Source of the DNA: Mobula hypostoma
Lineage: Eukaryota
Assembly (NCBI RefSeq): GCF_963921235.1
Contig: NC_086097.1
Coordinates: 111,602,001-111,666,000 of the forward strand
Direction: 5' to 3'
DNA: 64,000 nucleotides
The notes under the pieces: model-generated
What the model saw: the letters and a program-made list of their open reading frames with translations, nothing else
What the model was told of the DNA's origin: nothing
The model's database searches: none
Position numbers and translations under genes: made by a program
Shown here: positions 26,647 to 40,413 of the stretch, one piece after another
Numbering within the stretch: the stretch's first letter is position 1
Layout of the letters: every line of letters starts with the position of its first letter

Positions 26647-28623
26647 AGGTGGATAAATCTCCAGAAACTGGTCAACTACATCCTCTGTTTTTGTTGGAGG
26701 CTAGAGAAGAAATTGCAGAGGCCCTTGGGGAGATACTTGCTTCATTATTAGCTACTGGTGAAGTTCCAGAAGGAGGGGTGTGGTTGAGGTTATGGGTCAA
26801 ATAGAAGTAATTGGAGCAACCAAGCTGGACAATGTGGTAGGCGTGGACTCATTGACCAAGAGGCCATTATCCATACTGTATTGCTCTCTGACCTTAAGAT
26901 TGGCATGGTATCACGAGCCAAATCTGTACTGTATTGTTCCAGGCTTTGTGATTCAGCTTTCTGTGGTGGAGTTCCATAGGATTGGCACTATCTGTGAGAA
27001 GAATTTTCTCTTTATTGCTGCTTTTATTGGCTTGCCCCTTGTCCTTAGACCATATATTTCAGGGCTAGACACCCTGGCCTTGCCAATATCCTTCCAGTCT
27101 CTAACCTGGACTGTTCTGTTTGGCTTTTGTGGATTTCTGAGTGTCCCCCCTCAATCTATTGCATTCTAATAAAAATAAACCACAATGAGTCAATTAATGT
27201 CCTTGCATTGCTGCTGTCATTCCCAAGATCTTTCTGCACTGAATAGTCTTATGTAGCAAGACTGTCAGATAAGAAGACCACATTTGCATGCAGTACTCAA
27301 GGTGTGGTCTCACCGAACCCTGTACAACTGCAATATGACATCTCTGCTCCTACATACGAGTTCTCTTATTATGAAGTCCAGTATACAGTTTGCACTTTTA
27401 ACCGCCTGCTGTGCACACATTCTTAGCTATTGATACAGAGGTGCATTCAGGTGTCTATTCACTTTCACCTTTCCTGCTCTATTGTTGTTCAGATAATAGT
27501 CTGCCTTAAATTGCTACCAAATGCGTAACCTGACAGTTATCATTATTCCACATCTACCATGTAACTACCCAATCCTTCATCCTGACTGCATCAACCTAGA
27601 GTTTCTCTGCATCCACCTTAAGTGTTACATTCACTTCAAGCTTTATATCATCCATAAACTTTGAGATATCACACTTAATAGTCTCATCTGAATTAGTAAT
27701 ATTTAGGAATAGCACTGATCCCAGTGGTACCCAATTTGTTGCTGGCTGCCATGCAGAAAAAGACCAAGCAATTCAGTTGTTTTAGCATCTTAACCCCAAT
27801 CCCAAGTATTTTAATTTTGCATGCTATTCTATTTTGTGGGACCTTATTGAAAGATTCTTGAAAGTTCACTGACTATCCTTTACCTGTTCTGTATCTTCAA
27901 AATATTCCATTAAGTTTGCGAAGCGTGATGTTATCTTTCACAAACATGCATAGACTTTATCTAAAAAGAAAAAGAAATTTGTTGTCTCTCTATGCCTCTT
28001 ACAATTTTATAAACATTTATCAGCTGTCCTGTCAGCTTCCACCACTCCAGAGAAAACAGTCCAAGTTTGTCCAAACTCTTGTTACAACACATGCCCTCTA
28101 ATCTAGGCATCATCCTGGTAAGCCTCTTCTTCACCCTCTCCAAAGCTTCCACATTCTTCCTGTAGTGAGACAACCAAAACTGAATGCTACTTTCCAGCTG
28201 TGAGCTGACGGGGGTTTTATAAACCTGCAACATCGCTTCCTGATTCTTGAACTCAGTGTCTCAACCAATAAAGGCCAGCTTGCTATACCCCTTCTTTACC
28301 GCTCTAATTAGATTAGCCACAGTCTTGGGGCCAATATGATTCTGATTCATGTGCTCGTGTCGTATGGAAGAAAGAAACAAAGGGGCACAGTTGTGTTCTT
28401 ATGTACCCACTGCCCTTTTCTGGCAGTAGGATTTGCAAGTTTGAGAGTTGCGATTGGTGTAATTGAGACTGCATCCATTTTGTGGTTGGTACAAAGAGCA
28501 TCCACAGTCCACCGAGGAAGTGAGCATTTATTCAAGAAAGAACCTTTTAGTGTGTTCATTATAAATAACCTATATGGTCTTGCAACTGTTAAGCGTATTA
28601 ATGTGTGTTCTTTACAATTTTAG

Positions 28624-31600
28624 GTATGAAGCAATACTTCGTGAAAAGAAAGAGCCTTTTACTAAACTTCCATACTCTGTGGATCAGTTCCGGTTAGAAG
28701 CTGCTGCAAAGTATCTGAGGGAAAACAAACTCACTGAAATGATGGAGCCTTTGTCTCTGCTGGACCTTGAAGACCAGCTAGTTTTCTTAAAGTCAAATAA
28801 GTGTTGGCCTCAAGCAGCTGAGCTGCTGAAAAACCGCGGTCGAGCAGAGGAGGCTGCCATGTTAATGCGGGAGCATGGGAGGCTCCAGGAAGCAGCAGAG
28901 CTTTCAAATCAGAAGGAATTTCAAGCCGAATGTCTTATTGCTACAGCCCGATTGAGCCTTCTGAAACAAAGGAATAAAGAAAGAAGTACAGTAGAAAAAT
29001 CAGCTGTCCAAGAAATGCTGGATGAAGCAACTACCCTCTTGAAATCTGTAAAAAGGCATTCCTCTAACATAGCAGAAGCTGTGCTACTGGAAGGGCTTCT
29101 GAGAGAGGAGACGACTCTGATTGAAAGGGCTCTTACATTGTTTGTTCGTGAAAATAATGGTGCTGGAGCTATGGAAAGCCTATTTTATTTAATGCAGAAA
29201 GACACTATGGTTTCGTCGTATTTTGAACAATCATTAACTTGTCTGGAGTTGTTGTTGAAGTTAATGAAAGCCCTTGAGAATCCACAGAATAATGCTCAGA
29301 AAGAGATGGTGAAAGCTTGCTATGCATTTTTTGGAATTTTACCAGAGAATGTTAAATATTGCAGAATCCCAGTATATGAAGGAGTATGGTTCTTTGAACT
29401 AGTTTTTGACCCCGATCTTAATGAGAAGCAAGGCAGTTTTTACCAATGTGAAATGAAAGAAATTAAAACCTTGTTACAGAAGCATTTCTTGCTTCGCCTT
29501 TGTGACTTTGCTGGAAAACTCAAGTCAGCAGGACAAAATATTCCAGATGTTTGTTCTAAGTTTATTTGTGGCTTGCCCTGTGGGTTGGAGTCCTGTCCAG
29601 ATTTACATAAGATTATGAAAAGGCATGAAGCAAAACGTTCTCTTGAAGCTAAAGTGTATCTGACAGTTCTGAATGGGATTTTGCTCGAAGCTAAACTTCT
29701 CTGGCCTGAAAAGAATTTTGCAGAGGTTAAGAAAATTGAAGAGATCCTCACTGGAAATCCTTATGCTTTATGCACCTTAATGATGAATGCACTTTACCCA
29801 AAACATTTCTTTCGCAGCATTATATCTGCCAACCCTGCTGCTTGCTATGAGGTCCTGGGATTAGTTAAAAGAAATGATTACCAAAGTTTCAGGTCTGTAC
29901 TGAAGGCGTACTTGGATCACTGCTTTAAATGTTCCTCAGTTCAGGAGCGAAGAGAATCAACAGATTTTTGGTTTCACGTGCAACAAGTGTATCTTCTAAC
30001 TTCTGACTATGCCAAGATTGACGAGCTTCTCTCTAAAGAAGAGCAAGCGTATGACTCTGAACGAAGGCATTGTGATTGCTTCACAGATGATCAGAACAAA
30101 AGGATGAAAAAGAGATCTCCAAAAGGCAGGCTTGGGATGTTGCCCACCAACACGCTACATTTGTGTATTTTCAGACTGCTGTTTATGTCTATGAAAAATT
30201 TCTATGAAAGCTCAGACCCAGAGCAGTGTATTCATAATTTTTTCCGGTTCATGAATGTGCTCGTTAGAAGATGTAGGGATCCTCTCATCCCCAGTATTGC
30301 CAACACTGTTACGGTTCTTGAATTCCAATTCATTTTATGTTCTTGTGTCCTTATGCATCTTACAAAGAATCTTGTTGTCTGTCTTCCACGAAGCTTTATT
30401 GCTCTTCTCCATTATTGGAACTTCATGTTCAAAGGACAGTTCAGACATACAAAACCAAAAAACATCTTTAGCATTATAAATGACTATAAACCAAAGGAAG
30501 TGCCCAAAGTGGTTTACAGAATGAGGCGACATTTATCCTACCTGGCCTCTGTCTTGTGTGGTGAACGGGACAAAGACTTCAATGTTCTTCTGGATGCTTT
30601 CAGTGATCCAGACTATACTTCCTCAGGAGAGGCAGAGAGGACAGTGGTCCTTTGCCTGGTAATGTTGATCAATGCAAGACAAGTTCTAGAACCTTGGGCA
30701 ACAGAAATGATCAGATGCAACTTCAGGAACGTGGGAAAGAAGCTGATAAAACTCTCCCAGTACCATGAGACAAAGATTCCCGCAAGATTAAGAGATCTTG
30801 TTGAAAAAGTTAATGGAGCACAAAGTGTTAAAGATGTAGTCAGCAGTCTTCAAGAGTTACTGAATAAAAGGGATGATGAGAATTTACATGACTGCATTTG
30901 GAAATGGGACCACTATTCTGGCCCTGGATTTGTGCGAGGTATTTATTTTCGAAACCTTCACATTGAAAATTTTACTGATGAATATCAATCAAAAAATAAT
31001 GAAATGGTAGCCATCCCAGATGAAGATATTGCTGCTGATGCTGCTCAGTATCTTGAAGAAAAAGATGATTGTCTACAGGATGTGGCTTCTCAATTACGGA
31101 AAGCAATTGTGAGAAGTAAATGGCAAAGTTTACTACATGTAATTAGTGTGTGCAGATACTTGCTAACGTTGATGACAGTTTCGGATGTAACCCAGCAAAT
31201 GGAAGAGGTTCCCAGCCACTTCAGAGAAGCACACATAGATGAGACACAGTGTGATATTTGTGGAGTAAAGTTTACAAGAAATGCTAAAGGTTTTGCTGAT
31301 AGCCAGGAGCAGGAATTTGAAGAGACCTTTGATCAGACCTCAGAAAACTGGGAAGAAAATGAAAATGAAGAACATGGTGAAGATTTTGAAAACCATATCA
31401 GGCATGAAGAACACAAGAGGAAAGAAGCTGTCTATAAAGCTTACTTGGATTACTTCAGAATTTCTGTGGAGCCTATCATGGGCAAAGGCAGAACTTTGCT
31501 CCATTGCCTTGAGGAAGTGGCGACAGAACATTTGACATCAAAAGAATTAACGAAAGTGAAGTATGGAAAACTGAAGAGCAGTATGGCTGCAGTTGTAGAT

Positions 31601-31640
31601 TTAATAGACAATATCTACAACCAAAAGATCTGGATAAAAG
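28624..31640 (+). CDS. TRANK1: TRANK1 large coding exon (3017 bp, about 1005 codons)
   Basis: Lies within the 1051-aa ORF. Acceptor caattttag at 28623, donor aaag|gtaatg at 31641. Recalled TRANK1 motifs LEAAAKYL, EDQLVFLKS, RRESTD, FFRFMNVL, PLIPSI, FNVLLDAFS, SGEAERT, TQCDICGVKF. Phase 2 to 1. Confidence 0.96.
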
Positions 31641-32149
31641 GTAATGTTCATTGCTTTAAAATTGGCGCTTATTTCTCCATTGTTCTCCATTTGCGAGCGG
31701 AGCAAGAAATAGGAATAGAGTATAGTTGAACATGTGGCAAAAGAGCTGGTGTCAGAGGGAGGATTTCATATACCTGGATCATTGAGCTCTCTTCCAAGAC
31801 ATGCAGGACCTGTAAAAGAAGGAAGAGTTCTACCTAAAAGAGATGGCCACCAAGTTCTCCGCACTAAGATTTGTTTGTGCTGCTGGGGAGGATTTAAAGT
31901 AGTGTGGTGGAAGCTGGGAATGTTAACAGAAGGATTAAGGAAAAAGTAGGAGTTAATGCAAGTAAGGCACAACAATGACATTATTTTAAGGCAAAAGGTC
32001 TTAAAATTAGAGAGCATGGAAGCTGGCATTTTGACCTAACTCATCCCGTTCTCGTTTGCCTGCATTTGGCCCATGTTCCTCCAAACTTTCTGTTCATATA
32101 TCCATCCAAATGTCGTTATTTGTCTATTTACTGATGTAGAGATACATTG

Positions 32150-32410
32150 CAGAATAGACCCTTCCAGCCCTTCGATCTGCACTGCCCTGCAGCCCAGCGA
32201 TTTAACCCTAGACTAGTCACGGGACAGTTTACAATGACCAATTAACCTACTAACTGTTGCGTCTTTGGACTGTGGAAGGAAACTGGAGCACCGAGAGGAA
32301 ACCCACGCGCAAACAGGAAGGAACGTGCAAACTTACTTACAGAATTGAACTCCAAGCTTTGACGTCCTGAGCTCTAATAGCATCGCACTAACCGTTACAC
32401 TGCCGTGCCT
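32150..32410 (-). mobile_element. V-SINE (HE1-like)
   Basis: Reverse complement of V-domain: tctttggactgtggaaggaaactggagcaccgagaggaaacccacgcg..aacgtgcaaact; tRNA-like head at about 32350-32410. Confidence 0.7.
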
Positions 32411-33861
32411 TTTAAACATTATATTTATTAATGCCTCCAACACTCCTCTGTTAGCTCGTTCCATGCTCTGTGTGAAAACATTGCCCCTTGGATCTTTTCC
32501 CCTCACCTAAATTTATGCCCTCTTAGTTTAGACTTCCCTACTTTGGGAAAAAGACTTTGGCTATTCTCCTTATCTGTGTCTGCATGATTTTATAAGACCC
32601 ATAAGACGTTGGAGCAGAATTCGACATGAAGGAACATTGATTAATTAGTGTAGGGATATTTGTTGGATGAAATCAGTGAGGTTTCCTTGTTACTCCATGA
32701 ATGCAGTGACATATAATAGAGTCTGGAGTTCAGAAAGTTCATCCCAGCCCTTCCTCCCGTGGGTCTATCCTGCTCATGAGGGAGAACATGCTCAGGAAAG
32801 ATGAAGGAGTCTAGAACATTGACTAAGAAAAATAATTTCTGAAGAATGTGATTGGAAATTTTTAGAAGAGTGACTTGAGTATGGCACAGGGAAATGCCAA
32901 TGATATTAGTTTGGATTTTGAGAAGGGATTTCAAAAAGATTCTCGTAAATGATAACTAATATTGAAGTTTCTGGTATTGAAAACTCATCCTGTTTTCAAA
33001 GGTTCAAAGGCTCATTTATTATCAAAGTATACAGCTCTGAAATTCTTCTCCAGATAGCCGGAAAACCAAGAAAGAAAAGTACAGTAGCAAGATCATCAAC
33101 CCCCGAATCCCTCCTCCCCACACAAAAAGAGAACAAAAAGGAACAGGCACATTGACCCCCAAATCCCACCCCCCCACACACACAAGAAAAAAAAGAGATC
33201 TTGCGAAAGGCACAGAATATAAAAAAATTAAAAGACTGAAAAAAGTCTAAAGTCCAAGTATATTTTCTTTCAGAATATAACGATGAAGGAGCAAGAATGT
33301 CCTTGAAATTTCTGAAATAATACTTGAACAGAATGGAGCTTAACATTATCCAGCCTTTTGACTTTCTTCTAAATTAAATTTCTAATTATCATAAGTAACA
33401 CAGTTTTCTTTTTAAACAGAAACTAACTAATCTTGGATCTGTGGGATGGATAACAGTCAGTGAGTGATGTCTTTAATGTAACACAATACAGGAATTCATA
33501 ACCATAACTCGTGCATTAACTTCATTGACAAATAAGAATCTAGTTTATGATCTAACTAAAAAAAATGGATGTAATATTAAACTCTGAGCAACAATGAAGA
33601 ACATGTTTATGCAGCAAATTTCAAATGTATTCAACTAGCATTCTAAAAATCAATAATTTGACACATACACCTGACATTCTGAGTGAGAGTCAATCAGTGT
33701 ATTGCTATTGATTCCATAAGAGCAGTATTAGGCCATATGACTCACTGAGTCTGCAACACCATTTAGTCATGGGAGATTTATTTTCCCTCAATCCCATTCT
33801 CCTGCCTTCTTCCTGTAACCTTTGACACCTCCATAGCCATCTGTGGCAATGAATTCCATTG

Positions 33862-36800
33862 ATTCTGTAGTTAGGGGATCAGATTCTGTGGATGCAGGAA
33901 AGAAACGTGGATGGTAGTTTGCCTCTCAGGTGCCAGGGTCCGGGATGTTTCTGATCATGTCCACGATATCTTGAAGTGGTAAGGAGAACAGCCAGAGGTC
34001 GTGGTACATATTGGTACCAACAACATAGGTAGGAAAAGGGAGGAAGTCCTGAAAAAAGACTACAGTGAGTTAGGAAGGAAGTTGAGAAGCAGGACCATAA
34101 AGGTAGTAATCTTGGGATTACTGCCTGTGCCATGTGACAGTGAGTATAGGAATTGAATGAGGTGGAGGATAAATGTGTGGCTGAGGGATTGGAGCAGGGG
34201 GCAGGGATTCAGATTTCTGGATCATTGGGATCTCTTCTGGGGCAGGTGTCACCTGTATATAAAAAAAAAGGACAGATTGCATTTGAATCTGAGGAGGACC
34301 AATATCCTGTTGAGGAAGTTTGCAAAGGTTATTGGGGAGAGTTTAAACTAGAATTGCTGGGGGGTGGGAACTGAACTAAAGTGACGGAGGAAAGGCAGGT
34401 TGGCTCACAAATAGAGAAAGCTTGGAGACAGTGTGAAAGGGAGGATAGGCAGGTGATAGAGAAGGGACGCACTCAGACCGATGGTTTGAGGTGTGTCTAT
34501 TTTAATGTGAGGAGTGTTATGAATAAAGCAGATGAGCTTAGAGCGTGGATCAGAACTTGGAGTTATGATGTTGTGGCCATTACAGAGACTTGGATGACTC
34601 AGGGACAGGAATGGCTACTTCAAGTGCCAGGCTTTAAATGTTTCAGAACGGACAGGGAGGGACGGAGGCAAAAGAGGTGGGGACATGGCACTGTTGATCA
34701 GAGATAGTGTCATGGCTGCAGAAAAGGAGGAAGTCATGGAGGGGTTGTCTACGGAGTCTCTGTGGGTGAAAGTTAGGGATAGGAAGGGGTCAATAACTCT
34801 ACTGGGTGTTTTTTATAGATCACCCAATAGTAACAGGGACATCGAGGAGAAGATAAGGAGACAGATTCTGGAAAGGAGTAATAATGACAGGGTTGTTATG
34901 GTGGGAGATTTTAATTTCCCAAATATTGATTGGCATCTCCTCAGAGTGAGGGGTTTAGATGGGGTGGAGTTTGTTAGGTGTGTTCAAGAAGGTTTCTTGG
35001 CATAATATGTAGATAAGCCTACAAGAGGAGAGGTTGTACTTGATGTGGTATTGGGAAATGAACCTGGTCAGGTGTCAGGTCTCTCAGTGACAGAGTATTT
35101 TGGAGATCGTGATCACAATTCTATCTCCTTTACCACAGCATTGGAGAGGGATAGGAACAGACAAGTTAGGGAAACATTTAATTGGAGTAAGGGGAAATAT
35201 GAGGCTATCAGGCAGGAACTTGGAAGCATAAATTGGAAACAGATGTTCTCAGGGCAACGTACGGAAGAAATATGGCAAATGTTCAGGTGATATATGTGTG
35301 GGGTTCTGCGTAGACGTGTTCCAGTGAGACAGGGCAAGGATGGTAGGGTACAGGAACCATGGTGTACAAAGGCATTTGTAAATGTAGTCAAGAAGAAAAG
35401 AAGAGCTTACGGAAGGTTCAAAAAACTAGGTAATGATAGAGATCTAGAAGATTATAAGGCTGGCAGGAAGGAGCTTAAGAATGAAATTAAGAGGGCCAGA
35501 AGGGGCCATGAGAAGGCATTGGTGGACAGGATTAGGAAAACCCCAAGGCATTCTACAAGTATGTGAAGAGCAAGAGGATAAGACGTGAAAGAATAGGACC
35601 ATTCAAGTGTGACAGTGGAAAAGTGTGTATGGAACTGCAAGAGATTGTAGAGTTACTTAATGAATACTTTGCTTCAGTATTCACTACGGAAAAGGATCTT
35701 GGCGATTGTAGGGATGACTTGCAGCGGACTGAAAAGCTTGAGCATGTAGATACTAAGAAAGAGGATGTGCTGGAGCTTTTGGGAAGCATCAAGTTGGATA
35801 AGTCACCAGGACTGGAGGGGATGTACCCCAGGCTACTGTGGGAAGCGAGGGAGGAGAGTGCTGAGTCTCTGGCGATGATCTTTGCGTCATCAATGAGGAT
35901 GGCAGAGGTTCCAGAGGATTGGAGGGTTGTGGATGATGTTCCCTTATTCAAGAAGGGGAGTAGGGATAGCCCAGGAGATAATAGACCAGTGAGTCTTACT
36001 TCAGTGGTTGGTAAGTTGATGGAGAAGATCCTGAGAGCAGGATTTATGAACATTTGGAGAGGCATAATATAATTAAGAATAGTCAGCATAGCTTTGTCAA
36101 AGGCAGGTCGTGCCTTACGAGCCTGATTGAATTTTTTGAGGATGTGACTATACACATTGATGAAGGTGGAGCCATATATGTAGTGCATATGATTTCAGCA
36201 AGGCATTTGATAAGGTACCCCATGCAAGGCTTATTGAGAAAGTAAGGAGGCATGGGATCCAAGGGGACATTGCTTTGTGGCTTCAGAACTGGCTTGCCCA
36301 CAGAAGGCAAAAAGTGGTTGTAGACGGGTCATATTGTGCATAGAGGTCGGTCACCCATGGTGTGCCTCAGGGATCTGTTCTGGGACCCTACTCTTTGTGA
36401 TTTTTATAAATGACCTGGACGAGGAAGTGGAGGGATGGGTTAGTAAATTTGCTGATGTTGCAAAGGTTGGGTGTTGTGGATAGTGTGGAGGGCTGTCAGA
36501 GGTTACAGCGGCACATTGATAAGATGCAAAATTGGGCTGAGAAGTGGCAGATGGAGTTCAACCCAGATAAGTGTGAGGTGGTTCATTTTGGTAGATGGAA
36601 TATGATGGCAGAATATAGCATTAATGACAAGATACTTGGCAGTGTGGAGGATCAGAGGGATCTTGGAGTCCAAGTCCATCGGACACTCAAATTTGCTTCT
36701 GTGGTTAAGAAGGCATACGGTGCATTGGCCTCCTTCAATTGTGGGATTGAGTTTAAGAGCCAGGAGGTAATGTTGCAGCTGTATAGAACCCTGGTCAGAC

Positions 36801-37328
36801 CCCACTTGGAGTACTGTGCTCAGTTCTGGTTGCCTCACTACAGGAAGGACGTGGAAACTATAGAAAGGGTGCAGAGGAGATTTACCATGATGTTGCCTGG
36901 ATTGGGGAGCATGCCTTATGAGAATAGGTTGAGTGAACTTGGCCTTTTTTCCTTAGAGCAACGGAGGATGAGAGGTGACCTTGATAGAGGTGTACAAGAT
37001 AATGAGAGGCATTGATCGTGTGGATAGTCAGAGGCTTTTTCCCAGGGCTGAAATGGCTTGCATGAGAGGGCATAGTTTTAAGGTGCTTGAGATGTCAGAG
37101 GTAAGTTTTTTTACGCAGAGAGTGATGAGTGCGTGGAATGGGCTGCCGGCATCGGTGGTGGAGGCAGAAACGATCGGGTCTTTTAAGAGACTTTTGGATA
37201 GGTACATGGAGCTTAGAAAAATGGAGGGCTATGGAAAAGCCTAGATAGTTCTAAGGTGGGGACATGTTCGGCACAGCTTTGTGGGTCAAAGGGCCTGTAT
37301 TGTGCTGTAGGTTTTCTTTGTTTCTATG
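33862..37328 (+). mobile_element. Near full-length degenerate CR1 LINE (ORF1 esterase part, APE endonuclease, RT)
   Basis: Consecutive frameshifted ORFs: INVWLRDWSRGQGFRFLDHW; CVYFNVRS..YDVVAITETW; GVFYRSPN..VGDFNFPNIDW; KSPGLEGMYPRLL; LEYCAQFW. Tail tttctatg. Nested in a minus-strand CR1. Confidence 0.92.
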
Positions 37329-37854
37329 ATTTGTCAGTCTCTGGCTAAAAAATTTCTTCCTCATCTATGCTCTGAAGAGGCATCCTTCTATTTTGAGGTT
37401 GTGCCATCTAGTCCAAGACTCTCGCGCTAGTAGAAACATCCTGTCCACTTCCACTTTATCTTGTCCTTTCAATATTCTGTATTTTCAATGAGATCCCCAT
37501 TCATTCTTCTAAACTCCAGCGAGTACAGGCCCAGAGCCATCAAACATTCCTCACATGTTAACCTTTTCATTCTCAAGATCATTCTCATAAACCACCTCTG
37601 AACCCTCTCCAATGCCAACACATCCTTTCTTAAGTATGGGGCCCAAAGCTGCTCACAATACTCCAAATGTGGGCTGACCAATGCTTTATAAAGTCTCAGC
37701 ATTTGTCTTTCCCACTACTGACCTAGTCTGCAAGATGATGTTGAGGGAATCCTGCACTGGGAATCCCAAGTCCCTTTTCACCTCCGATTTCTGAATTCTC
37801 ATCCTTTTTAGCAAAGAATCTGTATCTTTATTCCTTCTACCAATGTACATTACC

Positions 37855-37990
37855 TGACCTAACGACGGGCCTCGGCCTGAAACGTCGACTGTACCTCTTC
37901 CTAGAGATGCTGCCTGGCCTGCTGCGTTCACCAGCAACTTTGATGTGTGTTGCTTGAATTTCCAGCATCTGCAGTATTCCTGTTGTTTGC
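37855..37990 (+). mobile_element. Penelope 3'-terminal fragment with altered hammerhead core
   Basis: Nearly identical to 53290-53414, but the core reads CTAACGA instead of CTGACGA. Confidence 0.75.
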
Positions 37991-39190
37991 GTTTTCTTTT
38001 GTAGACTTCCTGTTTCCTGTAACCTACCTGCCCCTCCACCTATCTTCCACAAACTTTCCCAAACAGCCATCAGTTCCATCATCCAGATTATTAACATGCA
38101 ACAGGAAAAATAGTGGACTCAACACTGATCCCTGTAGGACGTCATCAGGCAACCAATTAGAAAAGGCCCCTTCTATTCCCACTCTTTGTCTTCTGCCAGT
38201 CAGTCAGTCTTCTGTCCATACTTTTCATTCATCAGCCTCCTATGCTCCAGGGACAAAACCCCCAGCCTATCCATTGTCTCTTGATAAATCAAGCCCTCCA
38301 TTCTAGTGATATCTTTGCAAAACTTGGCTGTCTAGCTGTAGGGAGAATATCATTAAGTTAGAAAAGGTGCAGCAAAGCTAACAAATATCATTGTTAGAGC
38401 CCCAGCAATTTCTTTCCTGTCTTCCCACAGTGTCCTAGGAGGCATCTGTTTAGGCCGTGGGGATTCAATCACTTTCAAAACCACTCTTTTGCAATGTGGA
38501 ATGTTTCGAGACATCACTGTTCCCTTCCTTGATTTCCCAAGCTATCATGACCTTTACATTTTTCAATTTTTATCAGTCACTCGCCCCACACACCTACATA
38601 AAAGGGACAATATAGTGCGACCAATTAACCACAAGCTTGCATGACTTTGGGATATGGAAAGAAGTCAGAGCATTCAGGGAAATCCCACATGAGAAAAACA
38701 TGCAAACTCCAAAATGCAACACAAAAGGCAAAGAGGCATGGGTAATATGATCATTGTTGAGAGATTTAAACAGGGCATCATGAGTAGTTTCTTCATGCAT
38801 GAACTGACAAAAGTAGTGGTTGACAGAGTACATTAGCTGCATTTTAAAACCATCTAGATAAGAACATAGATGTTTTGAGGAGTATGCTGGGCAACACAGT
38901 TAGCATGAATGAGTTGGGTCTGTTTCCATGCTATGAAATTCCTTGACCCGAGATCAGTATTTTACTAAATAAAGACAAAAGCCTGGAAATACATTGCAAA
39001 TTGAAGCTCAGTGTTCCACCAGCCACTTTTATCCTTGAAAAACTCCTTTGGAACCCACTGGCAACTGAGGGCCTGGGTCCAACAGAACTGAACTGATTAT
39101 ACACCAGAGTAAGGGCATTTCTTTGCATATTGTTGCTGGGATAAAATGTATTAAAAAAAACGAACTAGGCTGGGGGTTGAGAAGGTGGTC

Positions 39191-39322
39191 ATAGGGTTCA
39201 GAGGCCAGTGTTCAGAGTGTGGTTTGCAGAGATAGGGTTCAGAGGCCAGTGTTCAGAGTGTGGTTTGCAGAGATAGGGTTCAGAGGCCAGTGTTCAGAGT
39301 GTGGTTTGCAGAGATAGGGTTC
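39191..39322. repeat. Perfect 41-bp tandem repeat, 3.2 copies
   Basis: Unit atagggttcagaggccagtgttcagagtgtggtttgcagag at 39191, 39232 and 39273, with a partial copy at 39314. Confidence 0.95.
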
Positions 39323-40088
39323 TGAAAGCAATTGTTAGTTCATAGTAGTTGAGGTCTGCAATGATGGGACTTAGCAAATTTGAGATTGCTGCAAGTCAGG
39401 AAATTGTGGTGGCATGGGCCACATTATTACAGGGCAGGCAAATAAATCAGTCATGGGCAGCCCAACCTAGTAAGGTTCCCAGTGATGGACAACAAACTGC
39501 TCAGGAAGGTGCAAATCAAGCTGTGACAAGAGAGTACACCAGTGTTACAAACTACTGGGGCTGACACTACAGAAAGATGGCTTCCTGCACCTAGCATAGG
39601 TGATGTGAAGATATGCATCTGATGAGGAATATGGCCATCTGCTTTTATATAAGACAAGACACGATAACTTTTTAAATATTAAAATAATTGAGGGAAATAT
39701 ATTTAATGCAGGAATGTACTACCAAGGGAAAAGATCAGTTATGATCTTTGTTGTGCCTAGTTGCATATCAGGAATGGCAGGATTCAATCCAAAAATCATG
39801 ATGATAAATTTCCACTGAGGGATGAGAGAGATAATGACATTGAATTTCACGACCAGGTTTCCTGACTGAGATGACATTAATGAACCTAACTCTCTATGAT
39901 AATCTGTTACAGGAAACCTTTCATTGATATCGGTTCTGGTGTTTGTAAACATTAGTTACAATCAGAACTTACAAACCTTAAATGATTGTTAGTAAGCTCT
40001 ACGATTTTATTTGTAGTCTTTGTCAGTGATATATTGTAGATGGTTATACAGATACCAACAAATATGTTTGTCTTTATATGACTCATAG

Positions 40089-40184
40089 GTGAAGAAATGT
40101 TGTCGCTGAAAATTGAAAGCCTCCAGAAAATTGTAGATAGCACTGACCTATGGCAGAAGCAATCTTGCAACCTGAACGATGATG
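40089..40184 (+). CDS. TRANK1: TRANK1 penultimate coding exon (96 bp)
   Basis: Acceptor tgactcatag, donor gatg|gtatgt. Encodes (G)EEMLSLKIESLQKIVDSTDLWQKQSCNLNDD; phase 1 to 1. Length and W position fit the recalled TRANK1 segment. Confidence 0.8.
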
Positions 40185-40413
40185 GTATGTACCACCTATA
40201 GTAAATCAATATGTAATTCAGTATCTATCAGATGTATTGCTATACAATGTCCATTGTTAAAGGTTATTTCCATTAAAATGATAATCCTAGCCAATATTTT
40301 TATTAGCACTTAAATCTTAAACGTAACTTCAAATTCAATTTGATTGTTGAACCGTTGAAGTTCTGTACAGTACCTACTATACATGATGGAGAGAACCACA
40401 CCAGATTGAAAAC

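Noticed and set aside
28574..31729. 1051-aa ORF as a standalone single-exon gene
   Set aside because: Its first 17 or so and last 29 or so residues are intronic read-through. Splice sites at 28623 and 31641 join it in phase to neighbouring TRANK1 exons.
8373..36838. Recurrent antisense ORFs (e.g. MNLLCTPSMA.., MIMADHP..)
   Set aside because: They are reverse-frame shadows of CR1 ORF2 and recur only because the element recurs.
39191..39322. CRISPR-like array
   Set aside because: The units are contiguous and identical with no spacers, in a eukaryotic intron.
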